This document shows positions 9,100 to 17,346 of a stretch of DNA of 64,000 bases, one piece after another. The DNA is taken from positions 107,037-171,036 of the forward strand of contig CAKPYT010000040.1 of NCBI GenBank assembly GCA_934203075.1. Reading direction: 5' to 3'. Numbering within the stretch: the stretch's first letter is position 1; every line of letters starts with the position of its first letter. The translations under genes and the position numbers were made by a program. The DNA comes from an uncultured Clostridia bacterium (lineage in GTDB: Bacteria; Bacillota; Clostridia; Christensenellales; CAG-314). The notes under the pieces are model-generated. The model did not search any database, was not told the DNA's origin, and saw only the letters and a program-made list of their open reading frames with translations.

Positions 9100-9795
9100 C
9101 TATTCCGCACGCGGGTCAAGATATTTTGTCGCTTCGTCGAATCTGCCGTAGTGCGATTTTGCTTTTTCAAATGCTTCGTTCGGCGTCAGTCCCTTTTTGA
9201 TAAAGTCCATCATTTTCCCGAGATGTACAAATTCGTAACCGATGACTTCGGCGTTCTCATCCAAAGCGATTTTCGTTACGTAGCCTTCGGCCATTTCCAG
9301 GTAGCGTACGCCTTTGGCTTTGGTGGAGTACATCGTGCCGATCTGGCTGCGCAGACCTTTTCCGAGGTCTTCCAGCCCGGCACCGATCACCAACCCCCCT
9401 TCGGAAAAGGCAGATTGGGTGCGGCCGTAAACGATTTGTAAAAACAGTTCCCGCATCGCAACGTTAATGGCGTCGCAAACCAAGTCGGTATTCAACGCCT
9501 CCAGAAGTGTTTTTCCGGGCAGAATTTCGGCAGCCATGGCGGCAGAATGCGTCATGCCGGAGCAGCCGACGGTTTCTACCAGAGCTTCTTCGATGATTCC
9601 GTTTTTCACGTTCAGCGTCAGTTTGCAGGCCCCTTGCTGCGGCGCGCAGGCGCCTACGCCGTGCGTCAACCCACTGATGTCCGCCAGTTGTTTGGAAGAA
9701 ACCCATTTCCCTTCTTCCGGAATGGGGGACGGTCCGTGGCAGCAGCCCTGCTTCACGGGGCACATTTGTTCTATTTCTTTGGAATATTGTGGCAT
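9100..9795 (-). CDS. IscU/NifU-N-like Fe-S scaffold-type protein with extra C-terminal domain
   Basis: Cys pattern GACAPQQGAC and VGCSGMTHSAAMAAEILPGKTLLEAL resembles the IscU scaffold core. RBS is GGGAGGAA. It ends ~10 nt before the GGGtGRT gene, so the two are probably co-transcribed. Confidence 0.7.
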   Translation of the reverse strand: MPQYSKEIEQMCPVKQGCCHGPSPIPEEGKWVSSKQLADISGLTHGVGACAPQQGACKLTLNVKNGIIEEALVETVGCSGMTHSAAMAAEILPGKTLLEALNTDLVCDAINVAMRELFLQIVYGRTQSAFSEGGLVIGAGLEDLGKGLRSQIGTMYSTKAKGVRYLEMAEGYVTKIALDENAEVIGYEFVHLGKMMDFIKKGLTPNEAFEKAKSHYGRFDEATKYLDPRAE

Positions 9796-9997
9796 AAATT
9801 CCTCCCGCGAGTGAGATTTTGTTTGATACCGATAGTGTAGCACATTTTGAAGCAAAAAGCCACAGAACGGCACATTTTCTTTCGGGAAACCATTCCGAAG
9901 GGGCTCCGCGGGAGAAACTGCGGATCTTTTGCCGCAGGGCGGCGCTTTTTCCGGAGTCGCCCTTGCGCAGTCGTCGAAAATAAGGTATACTGTTTAT

Positions 9998-10828
9998 ATG
10001 ATTCGTGCAGATTTTCACATTCACAGTAACCGATCGGACGGAGAGCACAGCCCCGCTCGCCTGATGCAGTTCGCAAAGCGCGGCGGCCTGACGCACGTCG
10101 CATTGACCGACCACGATACCGTTTCCGGCATCGATGCCGCACGCGAAGCGGCAGAAAAGCAACACCTCGTGTTCTTGCCCGGGGTGGAATTGTCCTCTTT
10201 TGACGGCAGAGAAGTTCACATCCTCGGGTTTTGCCGGGATTGGACGAGCGCCTCTTTAACGGTGGAGACGAATCTGGCGGCGGAGTTCCGTGCGCGTCGC
10301 AACAAATTGGTTTTTCGTGCTTTGCAGCAGCAAGGCGTCAACGTGGGATGGGAAGATTTGCGAAAACTGTACCCGCATGCCTCCTGGTCCCGGGTGGGGC
10401 GTTCTCATATCGCCAGGCTTCTGGTAGAAAAGAAGTATGCGCAAAACAATGCGGATGCGTTTTCGCGTTATATCGGTTCTACGGGATGTGCCTACGTCAC
10501 GGCGGATCGGTTTTCGGTAAAACAGGCAATCGAGGCGGTGCTGAGAAACGGCGGCATGCCCGTACTTGCACACCCGAAAAACCTGAATATGGATCCGCAG
10601 GATTTTGAGCCGTATCTGCAAAGTCTGATTTCCTTCGGTCTGAAGGGAATAGAGAGCCGCTACTTTTCGCATACTGAAAGGGAGGCGGCATACTATAGCG
10701 AACTGGCGCGGAAGTATAGCCTTGCGGAAACGGGTGGAAGCGATTACCACGGCCAATACCGCAATGCTCCGTTGGGAGAATACTTCACGCCGGAGGAAGA
10801 AACGATGCTCGCCTTGAAGATACGGTAG
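9998..10828 (+). CDS. PHP-domain phosphoesterase (TrpH/YciV-like)
   Basis: MIRADFHIHSNRSDG and ALTDHDT motifs, with GGSDYHG at the C-terminus. The ORF-track start at 9929 is an upstream extension. Confidence 0.85.
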   Translation: MIRADFHIHSNRSDGEHSPARLMQFAKRGGLTHVALTDHDTVSGIDAAREAAEKQHLVFLPGVELSSFDGREVHILGFCRDWTSASLTVETNLAAEFRARRNKLVFRALQQQGVNVGWEDLRKLYPHASWSRVGRSHIARLLVEKKYAQNNADAFSRYIGSTGCAYVTADRFSVKQAIEAVLRNGGMPVLAHPKNLNMDPQDFEPYLQSLISFGLKGIESRYFSHTEREAAYYSELARKYSLAETGGSDYHGQYRNAPLGEYFTPEEETMLALKIR

Positions 10829-10836
10829 GTGAGGAA

Positions 10837-12096
10837 ATGAAACGACTTTCTTTTATGTGGATGCTTGTCCTCCTGCTGGGGGCAAGCCTCTTTTCTTTCT
10901 CGGCAAAACAAGCGTCTGCAGAAGCGTTGCCGCAGTTGGATTTCGGCGTGGCGAACTATCGCATGACCGTGGAAGGGCGTATCGACAGCCCGGAAGAGTT
11001 GCAGCAAGCGCGGGAGAGGGGCTTTTTTGCAAGCAATGCCGCACGTGCCGCCCGCATCGAGGAACTGATCGCGGCCGGGGTGGAGGAGCCGCTTGCGTTC
11101 GATTACGTTTTGCCGCGCCTGTCCGAAACGATTGCCGAAATCCGGCGAGCGTTGGAGCGTCCGGTGCAAAACGCAACGCTGCGATTCCTGCCGGACGAAA
11201 GCGTGCCGTTTGCCTATACGCACGAGCAAAGCGGTAAAAAGCTGAACGAGCCTGCGCTCTATCGTGCCGTTCTGTCTGCATTGAAAAACGGCGAAACAAA
11301 AATTCGTCCGGAAGTGCTTTCGGTTTCGCCTGCCGTAACGGAAGTGGAACTGCGCAGAAAAACTTCCCTTCGGGGGAAATTTTCTACCGATTATTCTTCC
11401 AGCGGGGCGGCGAGAAAGCACAATGTGCAATTGGCAATGCAAAAACTGAAAGGTCTGGTTGTTCTGCCGGGAGAACGTGTCAGTTTCAATTCCGTTGTGG
11501 GGGCACGCACACAGGCCAACGGCTTCCGGAATGCAAAAGTCATTCTGAACGGGGTTTATACGGACGGAATCGGCGGCGGAGTTTGTCAGGTGTCAACCAC
11601 GCTGTATAACGCCTGCCTGCTGGCAAACGTCTCCGTAAATACGGTTGCTCCGCATAGTCTGCAGAGCAGTTACGTTTTGCCGGCGTTCGATGCCATGGTT
11701 TCCGAAACGACGGATCTGGCGTTTACCAATCAGACGGGAAGCCCTCTGTACCTCGTTGCGAAATGCAACGGGGCTACGGCAAGCGTTTATCTTTACGGGG
11801 AGGAAAGCCCCTACGAAATCAAACGCGTGAGCAAAGTGGTTTCCAGAGAAGCGCAGGGATACGAAGAGCGGCCGGATACGGACGGAACTTTTGTAACCTT
11901 TGAGGACGAAACGTACGTGTTGCGTCCGCCCAGGGACTCTGTCCTCGGAAAAGCTTACTTGCAGTATCTCAAAAACGGACGAATCGAGAAAGAAGTCTGC
12001 ATTCGTACGGTGCGCTATCGGGGAGAAAAAGGCGTGCGTTTGCACGGGGTGCAAAAACGAACGGAAGGCTCGGTTCCGGAGGAATCGGCAGCATAA
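10837..12096 (+). CDS. VanW-family protein
   Basis: Signal/TM N-terminus and a VanW core (PGERVSFNSVVG, NGF, GIGGGVCQVSTTLYNA). Confidence 0.85.
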   Translation: MKRLSFMWMLVLLLGASLFSFSAKQASAEALPQLDFGVANYRMTVEGRIDSPEELQQARERGFFASNAARAARIEELIAAGVEEPLAFDYVLPRLSETIAEIRRALERPVQNATLRFLPDESVPFAYTHEQSGKKLNEPALYRAVLSALKNGETKIRPEVLSVSPAVTEVELRRKTSLRGKFSTDYSSSGAARKHNVQLAMQKLKGLVVLPGERVSFNSVVGARTQANGFRNAKVILNGVYTDGIGGGVCQVSTTLYNACLLANVSVNTVAPHSLQSSYVLPAFDAMVSETTDLAFTNQTGSPLYLVAKCNGATASVYLYGEESPYEIKRVSKVVSREAQGYEERPDTDGTFVTFEDETYVLRPPRDSVLGKAYLQYLKNGRIEKEVCIRTVRYRGEKGVRLHGVQKRTEGSVPEESAA

Positions 12097-12133
12097 ATAT
12101 TTATCAAACGAATGAATAAAAACAAAACGAATT

Positions 12134-12163
12134 TGTGGATAAGTGGACAAAACCTGTGGATAA
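12134..12163. promoter_or_regulatory. DnaA-box cluster A
   Basis: Perfect TGTGGATAA (complement of TTATCCACA) at 12134..12142 and 12155..12163. A 2-mismatch box AGTGGACAA lies at 12142..12150. Confidence 0.7.
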
Positions 12164-12372
12164 CTTCCCCTAATGGATAGCATATGCAGGTAAAAACTGC
12201 GAAAACAGTCCGTTTTTTGTCGAAAAAAGAGGAAACTTTGCACTTTCTCGTTTATGCATGCTTTATGCGGTCGGGAGAAAAGCGAAGCAGAAAAAAATCG
12301 CTTTGCAGCCGTTTAAGTTTTGCCTTTTCGGGTATACTGATGCCAAAGAAAAGAGGGAGCGTCGAGAGCGTT

Positions 12373-12930
12373 ATGGAAGAGATGATGGAGTTTGTGCGAC
12401 AAAAAACCAAAAGAGGGCATTCCGTGCGTTTTGCCCTTTCCGGATATGCAAAACATATCGGCGAGCCGCTGGCGTCGGTGCAGAAGCAGTACCGCAAAGA
12501 AATGCCGGACGCAGCGGAAGCAGAGGAAAAGGGGAGTTTCGACGAATGGCAAAACCGTTCTCTCGTTGCCTACGTCCTGACGCACCTGGCCAAAGGCGAA
12601 ACGCTGCGCAAATGCGCTTTCGACCTTTCGGAGGGGGAGTGCCGTCAGGCGTTGAGAAGGGTGGCGACGTACCGTGAGTTGCTGCGTCAAAACGAAGATC
12701 TCGTTTATGACGTCATGATGAAATTGTTCGAAAGGGGTATTCCGTTCTATCAGCCGTATACGAACCGCATCGTGAAGCAAACGTTTCCGCTTTCGGCCAT
12801 GGTCGGCGGGTGTCGGGACGAGTTGGAAAAAATCGTAAAAGAAATGACGCTGCTGCAATCGCTGCTGCAAAAATCGGAGTTGTTGCGGGTGCTGCAGGCA
12901 GGCGAATTTTTCGAAAGGGCCAAAGGATAA
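12373..12930 (+). CDS. Hypothetical protein (no recognisable domain)
   Basis: ORF 12184..12930. The start is uncertain, with candidate Met codons at 12340 and 12373. Composition is coding-like and a strong terminator follows. Confidence 0.5.
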   Translation: MEEMMEFVRQKTKRGHSVRFALSGYAKHIGEPLASVQKQYRKEMPDAAEAEEKGSFDEWQNRSLVAYVLTHLAKGETLRKCAFDLSEGECRQALRRVATYRELLRQNEDLVYDVMMKLFERGIPFYQPYTNRIVKQTFPLSAMVGGCRDELEKIVKEMTLLQSLLQKSELLRVLQAGEFFERAKG

Positions 12931-12945
12931 GAAGAAAACAAGAAA

Positions 12946-12976
12946 TAAAAAAGCCGCAAGGTGCGGCTTTTTTTTG
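12946..12976. terminator. Bidirectional rho-independent terminator
   Basis: AGCCGCA-AGG-TGCGGCT stem-loop between an A-run and a T-run, between convergent genes. Confidence 0.8.
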
Positions 12977-13029
12977 TTTCTTTGTCGGTCAAAAGACTTT
13001 TGCTGTTCGGGCGCTACGGTACGGTTTTC

Positions 13030-14016
13030 TCAGGCGTTACGCAAAAGGAACAGCAGGTGCCCTTGCTGCATTTTTAAAATCCGTTGCGTGTAAATCGTGC
13101 CTTCGCTACCGTGTTCGAAACTGTCTTTCGCGTCCAGGTACATCACGACGGGGCTTCCCGTTTCGCCGGATTTATTCAGATACATCGTTGCCGCATAAAC
13201 TTCCGTTTCCGCATCGTTCCACGTGATTTTCGTAGTGCCGGTCACGGCCTTGTTCAGGCGAACTTCCACGGCTTCGCCCTTCACTGCGTCGATCTGACGG
13301 AAGGTGTACGATTGCGCCTGATCCATCGTGATCATATTGACGGAACGCACGGTATAGAAAACTTGTTCGTTGTCCAGCAGGTTGGCGTTTTCCGTGTTTA
13401 CGGTGCGTGTTTCCCGCAGGGCGCGGTCGTATGCGTTGCTTGCCGCATTGTATTCGTTCAGCGTAAGCGTGCATTGTTTTTCGTCGTAAGCGGCGATGGC
13501 CTGAAAATGATTGCGTACTAATTGAATTTTATTATCGCGGTTGCGGTAGAGGTATACGCCGTTCACCGTTTTTACGGAAGAGCTCGGCGTTCCTTTCGGG
13601 TAGTCCCGAAAAGTCACGACGCTGTGCGTAGAGGTCGTGATGGTTACTTCCGTTTCGGTTTCGGAGACGATCAGATCCCGCGCGTCTTCCAACCCGAGGA
13701 TGTCGGCTTTGTTTTGATACGTTTCGTTTACGGTAAACGTGCTTTCCAAGCGGTATTCTCCGTCGGCCTTGGTCAGCTGTACGGTGTAGGTTCCGTTGGC
13801 AACAGAGGGCGCAAAGGTGGCGCCGGCAACGTTCCCGTAGGTGTAGGGTTTGGTTTCGTCGTTTTCCGTATAGGTTGCAAGCGAAACGTCGTAGGTCAGT
13901 GTTTCACTGTCCTTCCAGCGGTTGGTACGGCTGGGAGTGGGGGCCTGGTTGCAGCCCGTAAAGACAAGTACGGAGCAGAGCAGGCAGCACACAAACAAAA
14001 GAGTTTTCTTTTTCAT
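13030..14016 (-). CDS. Hypothetical lipoprotein
   Basis: Signal peptide with lipobox VFTGC, then Thr/Asn-rich, beta-rich sequence. No motif recognised. Confidence 0.7.
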   Translation of the reverse strand: MKKKTLLFVCCLLCSVLVFTGCNQAPTPSRTNRWKDSETLTYDVSLATYTENDETKPYTYGNVAGATFAPSVANGTYTVQLTKADGEYRLESTFTVNETYQNKADILGLEDARDLIVSETETEVTITTSTHSVVTFRDYPKGTPSSSVKTVNGVYLYRNRDNKIQLVRNHFQAIAAYDEKQCTLTLNEYNAASNAYDRALRETRTVNTENANLLDNEQVFYTVRSVNMITMDQAQSYTFRQIDAVKGEAVEVRLNKAVTGTTKITWNDAETEVYAATMYLNKSGETGSPVVMYLDAKDSFEHGSEGTIYTQRILKMQQGHLLFLLRNA

Positions 14017-14129
14017 AGCAGTCTCCTGAACGAATGGATCGTGTTTTCAACTAATCATAGCACAAAAACGCAAAGGTTTCAAATAAAAAGAGAAAGATAT
14101 TTTTCTTGCCGCCACTTTTACGGGAAATC

Positions 14130-14158
14130 TTGCTATTTTCAGGCGAAGCAGATATAAT
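14130..14158 (+). promoter_or_regulatory. Sigma-A-type promoter for addBA
   Basis: TTGCTA, 17-nt spacer, TATAAT, ~30 nt upstream of the addB RBS. Confidence 0.6.
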
Positions 14159-14187
14159 AAACGAAGGCGTCAAAGGAGGCAACCGAA

Positions 14188-17100
14188 ATGAATTTTCGTA
14201 TCATCGCCGGCAATACCTATCGGGCGGCAAGCCGCGCCATGTTCGCAGAATTGCGGCAGAACACCTTCTCGTTGGAGGAGAAGGTGTATCTTATCGTGCC
14301 GGATAGTGCAAGCATGTCCAATCAGATCGGGCTGATGAAGAACGTCGGTGCCAAAGCGGGATTCTCGGCAGAAGTCAAAACCATGAAGGATTTTGCGAAT
14401 CTGCTTTTGCCGGAATTCGATTACCTCTCCAAAACGACGGGGATGATCCTGCTGACGCGCCTGACCGCGGAACTGGCGCCGAAGTTCGAGTGTTATCGGA
14501 AAAGCAACGAAGGCAGCGGGTTTGTGCAGGGCATGTATGAGTTGATTACGCAGTTAAAGTATTGCCGCATCTCGCCGGAAAAACTCTCCGCAGAGAATCT
14601 TCCGGAGGGGCTTCGGGGAAAACTGCACGACGTGCGCCTGCTCTATGCCGCTTACGAAGAGGCTTTGAAGGGTTCTTACGACGTCGTTTCGTCTCTGGAG
14701 GCCCTTGCGGAAGCGATTCCGCAAAGCGAACTGGTACAACGCAGCCGTTTCTATTTTGTGGATTTCGAAAACGTTTCGGCTCAGTTCGAATACGTTCTGG
14801 ATCGGGTCGCCGTTACGGCAAAAGAGGTAACGCTGGTGTGCCCGTATTCGGAAGAAAAGAAGGCGCTGTACGGAAACGAAGTTTTTTCGGCAGGGCTGCG
14901 CCTGACGGATCGCTATCAATTGCCTAAACGAATCTCGTTCCACAACGAAAGCGTCAACGGCTTTACGGCGCAGATCGAAAAGTATCTGTTTGCACCCGTG
15001 GTGTGCAATCGCCCGATCGAGGCCGACGGTCACATTACGCTGTACGAGGGGGAAACGATTGCGGACGAGACGGAAGCGCTCGCCCGGTGGATCTCCCGAC
15101 AGGTGAAGAACGGCAAGCGTTATAAAGAGATTCAGGTAGTCTGCCCCAATGCGGAGCGGTATCGTATGCCGCTGCAGCAGATTTTTGCGGATTACGGCAT
15201 TCCGTATTTTCTGGATGACACAAAAACCTTGTTCGGGCATTGTTTCGTGCAGTATCTGTTGGATGCGCTGCACGTCGTAAAGAACAATTATCAGCCGACG
15301 GACGTCGTGCAACTGACCAAGAATTATTTCTTTCACGGGGGCGAGGACGTGTTCGCCTTCGAAGATTATTGCAATAAGTACAACGTGCTGCGCTTTTCCG
15401 CCCCGTTTACGCTTGCTCCGGAGGACGAATGGTTCCCCGCTGCCGAGCGGGTGCGCAAGCAGTTGACGGAGGTGCTTGCTCCGTTTTCCGCCCTGCGGGT
15501 TGCGGAGGCAAAGACTTATGCAGCCGAAATTTCGGAATTTTTGCGCCGGAACGAACTGCAAACGGCGTTGGAATCGTTTGCGGAACAGCAGTCCCTCTTC
15601 GGGCTGGACGACCATGCCAAAGTTACGTTGCAGGTGTTTGAAAAACTGACGGACGTACTGCGGCAGATCGCGTCCGTGCTGGGCGGGCAAAGCATGCCTT
15701 TCCGCGTTTTTGCGGACGTTTTCACCAATTGCCTGAAGAACGTTAAAATTTCCGTGGTGCCGCAGCATAACGACGAAGTCGTCATTACCGATGCCACAAA
15801 AAACAAATCGCACGAGGTCGACGTGCTGTGCGTGCTCGGCGCGGCAGATCGGGAATTTCCCGTGTTCCGCGGCGATTATAAATTGCTGAACGACGCAAAC
15901 CTGCAGCAGTTGAAGGAATGCGGCATCAACGTGCAGCCGCAAATCCGCCAGCAGAATCGGGAAGCGAAGTTTTGCGTTTATCAATTGCTTTGCGAACCGC
16001 AGACGGCGTTGTATCTTTCGTACAGTAAAAAGGACGGGCTCGGCAAAGAGTTGAAGCCGTCCGGCGTTTTGGTGCAACTGACGGAGATGTTCCTTCAGGA
16101 GGGGGCTCCGCTGCCGTTGTGGAATGCGGATTCTTCCCCGCTGAAGCACTATGCCCCGACGGAAGCAAGCGCGAAGTTGGCCGTGCTGCAAGCACGCCGA
16201 CGGTATCTGGACCACGGGCAGGACGGTTTACAAAAGGTATCCGGCTACTATTATGCCACGCAAATTCCGTTGGAACAGTACGACGAAGCCCAAGTCGTTT
16301 CGTGGGTGAAGGACGGGGAAAAACTGTTTTTTCAAAACGGAACCTCTTCCGTCTCCCGGCTGGAAAAGTTTTTTCACTGCCCGTATTCGTTCTATTGCAA
16401 CTACGGGCTGAAGCTTACGCCGCGGCTGAAAGAACGCGGCGTGAATGAAACGGGGACGATTCTGCACGCCGTATTGGAGGATTTCGTCCGCACCTATCGC
16501 AAGGGCAGAACGACGCGGGAAATCGAACGGTGCGTTGCGGATTCGTTCGAAAAGCAAAAGCAGGATGCCCGCATCGAGGGGCTGTTTCAGACCAAACAGG
16601 GCGAAGCGCTGCTGAATCGGTTAAAGGCGGAAATGAATCGCATGTGCGGGTGGATTCAGAATCAGTTGGAACATTCGCATTACGAACCGATTTGTCAGGA
16701 GTATGCTTTTCACGATTTGCAGGTACAAAGCGGAAGCATCGTGGTGAAACTTTCCGGCAAGGTGGATCGCATCGACGGGGACGAAAACGGCTGTTTCGTG
16801 CTGGATTATAAAACAGGAAGCGTCGGTTACGACGAAAAATTGTTGTACGTCGGGCTGAAATTACAATTTTTTGTGTACAAAAAAGCCGTGGAGCGCTATC
16901 TGCAAAAGCCCGTCAACGGCGTCTATTATCTGCAAGTGCGCGATACGTTCGATACGTCCAAAGGCAAGCGGCAGTTCGTCGGCAGAACCGTTGCGGATCG
17001 CTCCGTGGTGGAAAGCATCGACGATACTTTCCTGCAAAACGGAAGCAGCGTTCTGCTGGACGTAAAGGCAAAAGAGGGCGAACCGGAAGGAAAGGGAGCC

Positions 17101-17346
17101 CTCACCAAAGAACAAATGCAGAACTGCGAGGACTACGCTTTCGATTTGATTCGTTCCGGATTGGAACAAATGCGGCAGGGGTACATCCGCCCTTCGCCCG
17201 TGAAAGACGAGAAAAATAAAGTGCCGTGCACTTATTGCGACTATGCCTCCGTTTGCCCCTTCGGGGATTCGACGGAAGAAGTGTATCGCACGTTGCCGAC
17301 GGTAAACAAAGAAACGTTCCGGAGGAAAACCCATGAAAACGAATAA
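14188..17346 (+). CDS. addB: Helicase-nuclease AddAB subunit B (RexB-like, no Walker A)
   Basis: 1052 aa immediately upstream of and overlapping addA. The C-terminal PD-(D/E)XK region has Fe-S cysteines (CPYSFYC and CTYCDYASVC). The N-terminus reads IIAGNTYRAAS where AddB proteins carry GxxGxGKT. Confidence 0.88.
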   Translation: MNFRIIAGNTYRAASRAMFAELRQNTFSLEEKVYLIVPDSASMSNQIGLMKNVGAKAGFSAEVKTMKDFANLLLPEFDYLSKTTGMILLTRLTAELAPKFECYRKSNEGSGFVQGMYELITQLKYCRISPEKLSAENLPEGLRGKLHDVRLLYAAYEEALKGSYDVVSSLEALAEAIPQSELVQRSRFYFVDFENVSAQFEYVLDRVAVTAKEVTLVCPYSEEKKALYGNEVFSAGLRLTDRYQLPKRISFHNESVNGFTAQIEKYLFAPVVCNRPIEADGHITLYEGETIADETEALARWISRQVKNGKRYKEIQVVCPNAERYRMPLQQIFADYGIPYFLDDTKTLFGHCFVQYLLDALHVVKNNYQPTDVVQLTKNYFFHGGEDVFAFEDYCNKYNVLRFSAPFTLAPEDEWFPAAERVRKQLTEVLAPFSALRVAEAKTYAAEISEFLRRNELQTALESFAEQQSLFGLDDHAKVTLQVFEKLTDVLRQIASVLGGQSMPFRVFADVFTNCLKNVKISVVPQHNDEVVITDATKNKSHEVDVLCVLGAADREFPVFRGDYKLLNDANLQQLKECGINVQPQIRQQNREAKFCVYQLLCEPQTALYLSYSKKDGLGKELKPSGVLVQLTEMFLQEGAPLPLWNADSSPLKHYAPTEASAKLAVLQARRRYLDHGQDGLQKVSGYYYATQIPLEQYDEAQVVSWVKDGEKLFFQNGTSSVSRLEKFFHCPYSFYCNYGLKLTPRLKERGVNETGTILHAVLEDFVRTYRKGRTTREIERCVADSFEKQKQDARIEGLFQTKQGEALLNRLKAEMNRMCGWIQNQLEHSHYEPICQEYAFHDLQVQSGSIVVKLSGKVDRIDGDENGCFVLDYKTGSVGYDEKLLYVGLKLQFFVYKKAVERYLQKPVNGVYYLQVRDTFDTSKGKRQFVGRTVADRSVVESIDDTFLQNGSSVLLDVKAKEGEPEGKGALTKEQMQNCEDYAFDLIRSGLEQMRQGYIRPSPVKDEKNKVPCTYCDYASVCPFGDSTEEVYRTLPTVNKETFRRKTHENE

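Noticed and set aside
12100-12180. oriC hypothesis for the DnaA-box clusters (also 60757..60800).
   Set aside because: There are only 2-3 boxes per site and no adjacent dnaA/dnaN. I could see no obvious AT-rich 13-mer-type unwinding element next to the boxes. The flanking genes are not origin-typical. They are more likely regulatory or titration clusters. This cannot be excluded without the whole genome.
14554-16215. Very long antisense ORFs opposite real genes. Examples are 14554..16215, 2264..3451, 236..1171, 35760..37025, 38001..39155, 39179..40276, 47879..48973, 58480..59559 and 63229..63984.
   Set aside because: Each lies fully inside a gene on the other strand that has unmistakable family motifs. 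Their translations are Arg/His/Gln-rich and low-complexity, with no motifs or RBS. They are typical shadow ORFs of mid/high-GC coding DNA.
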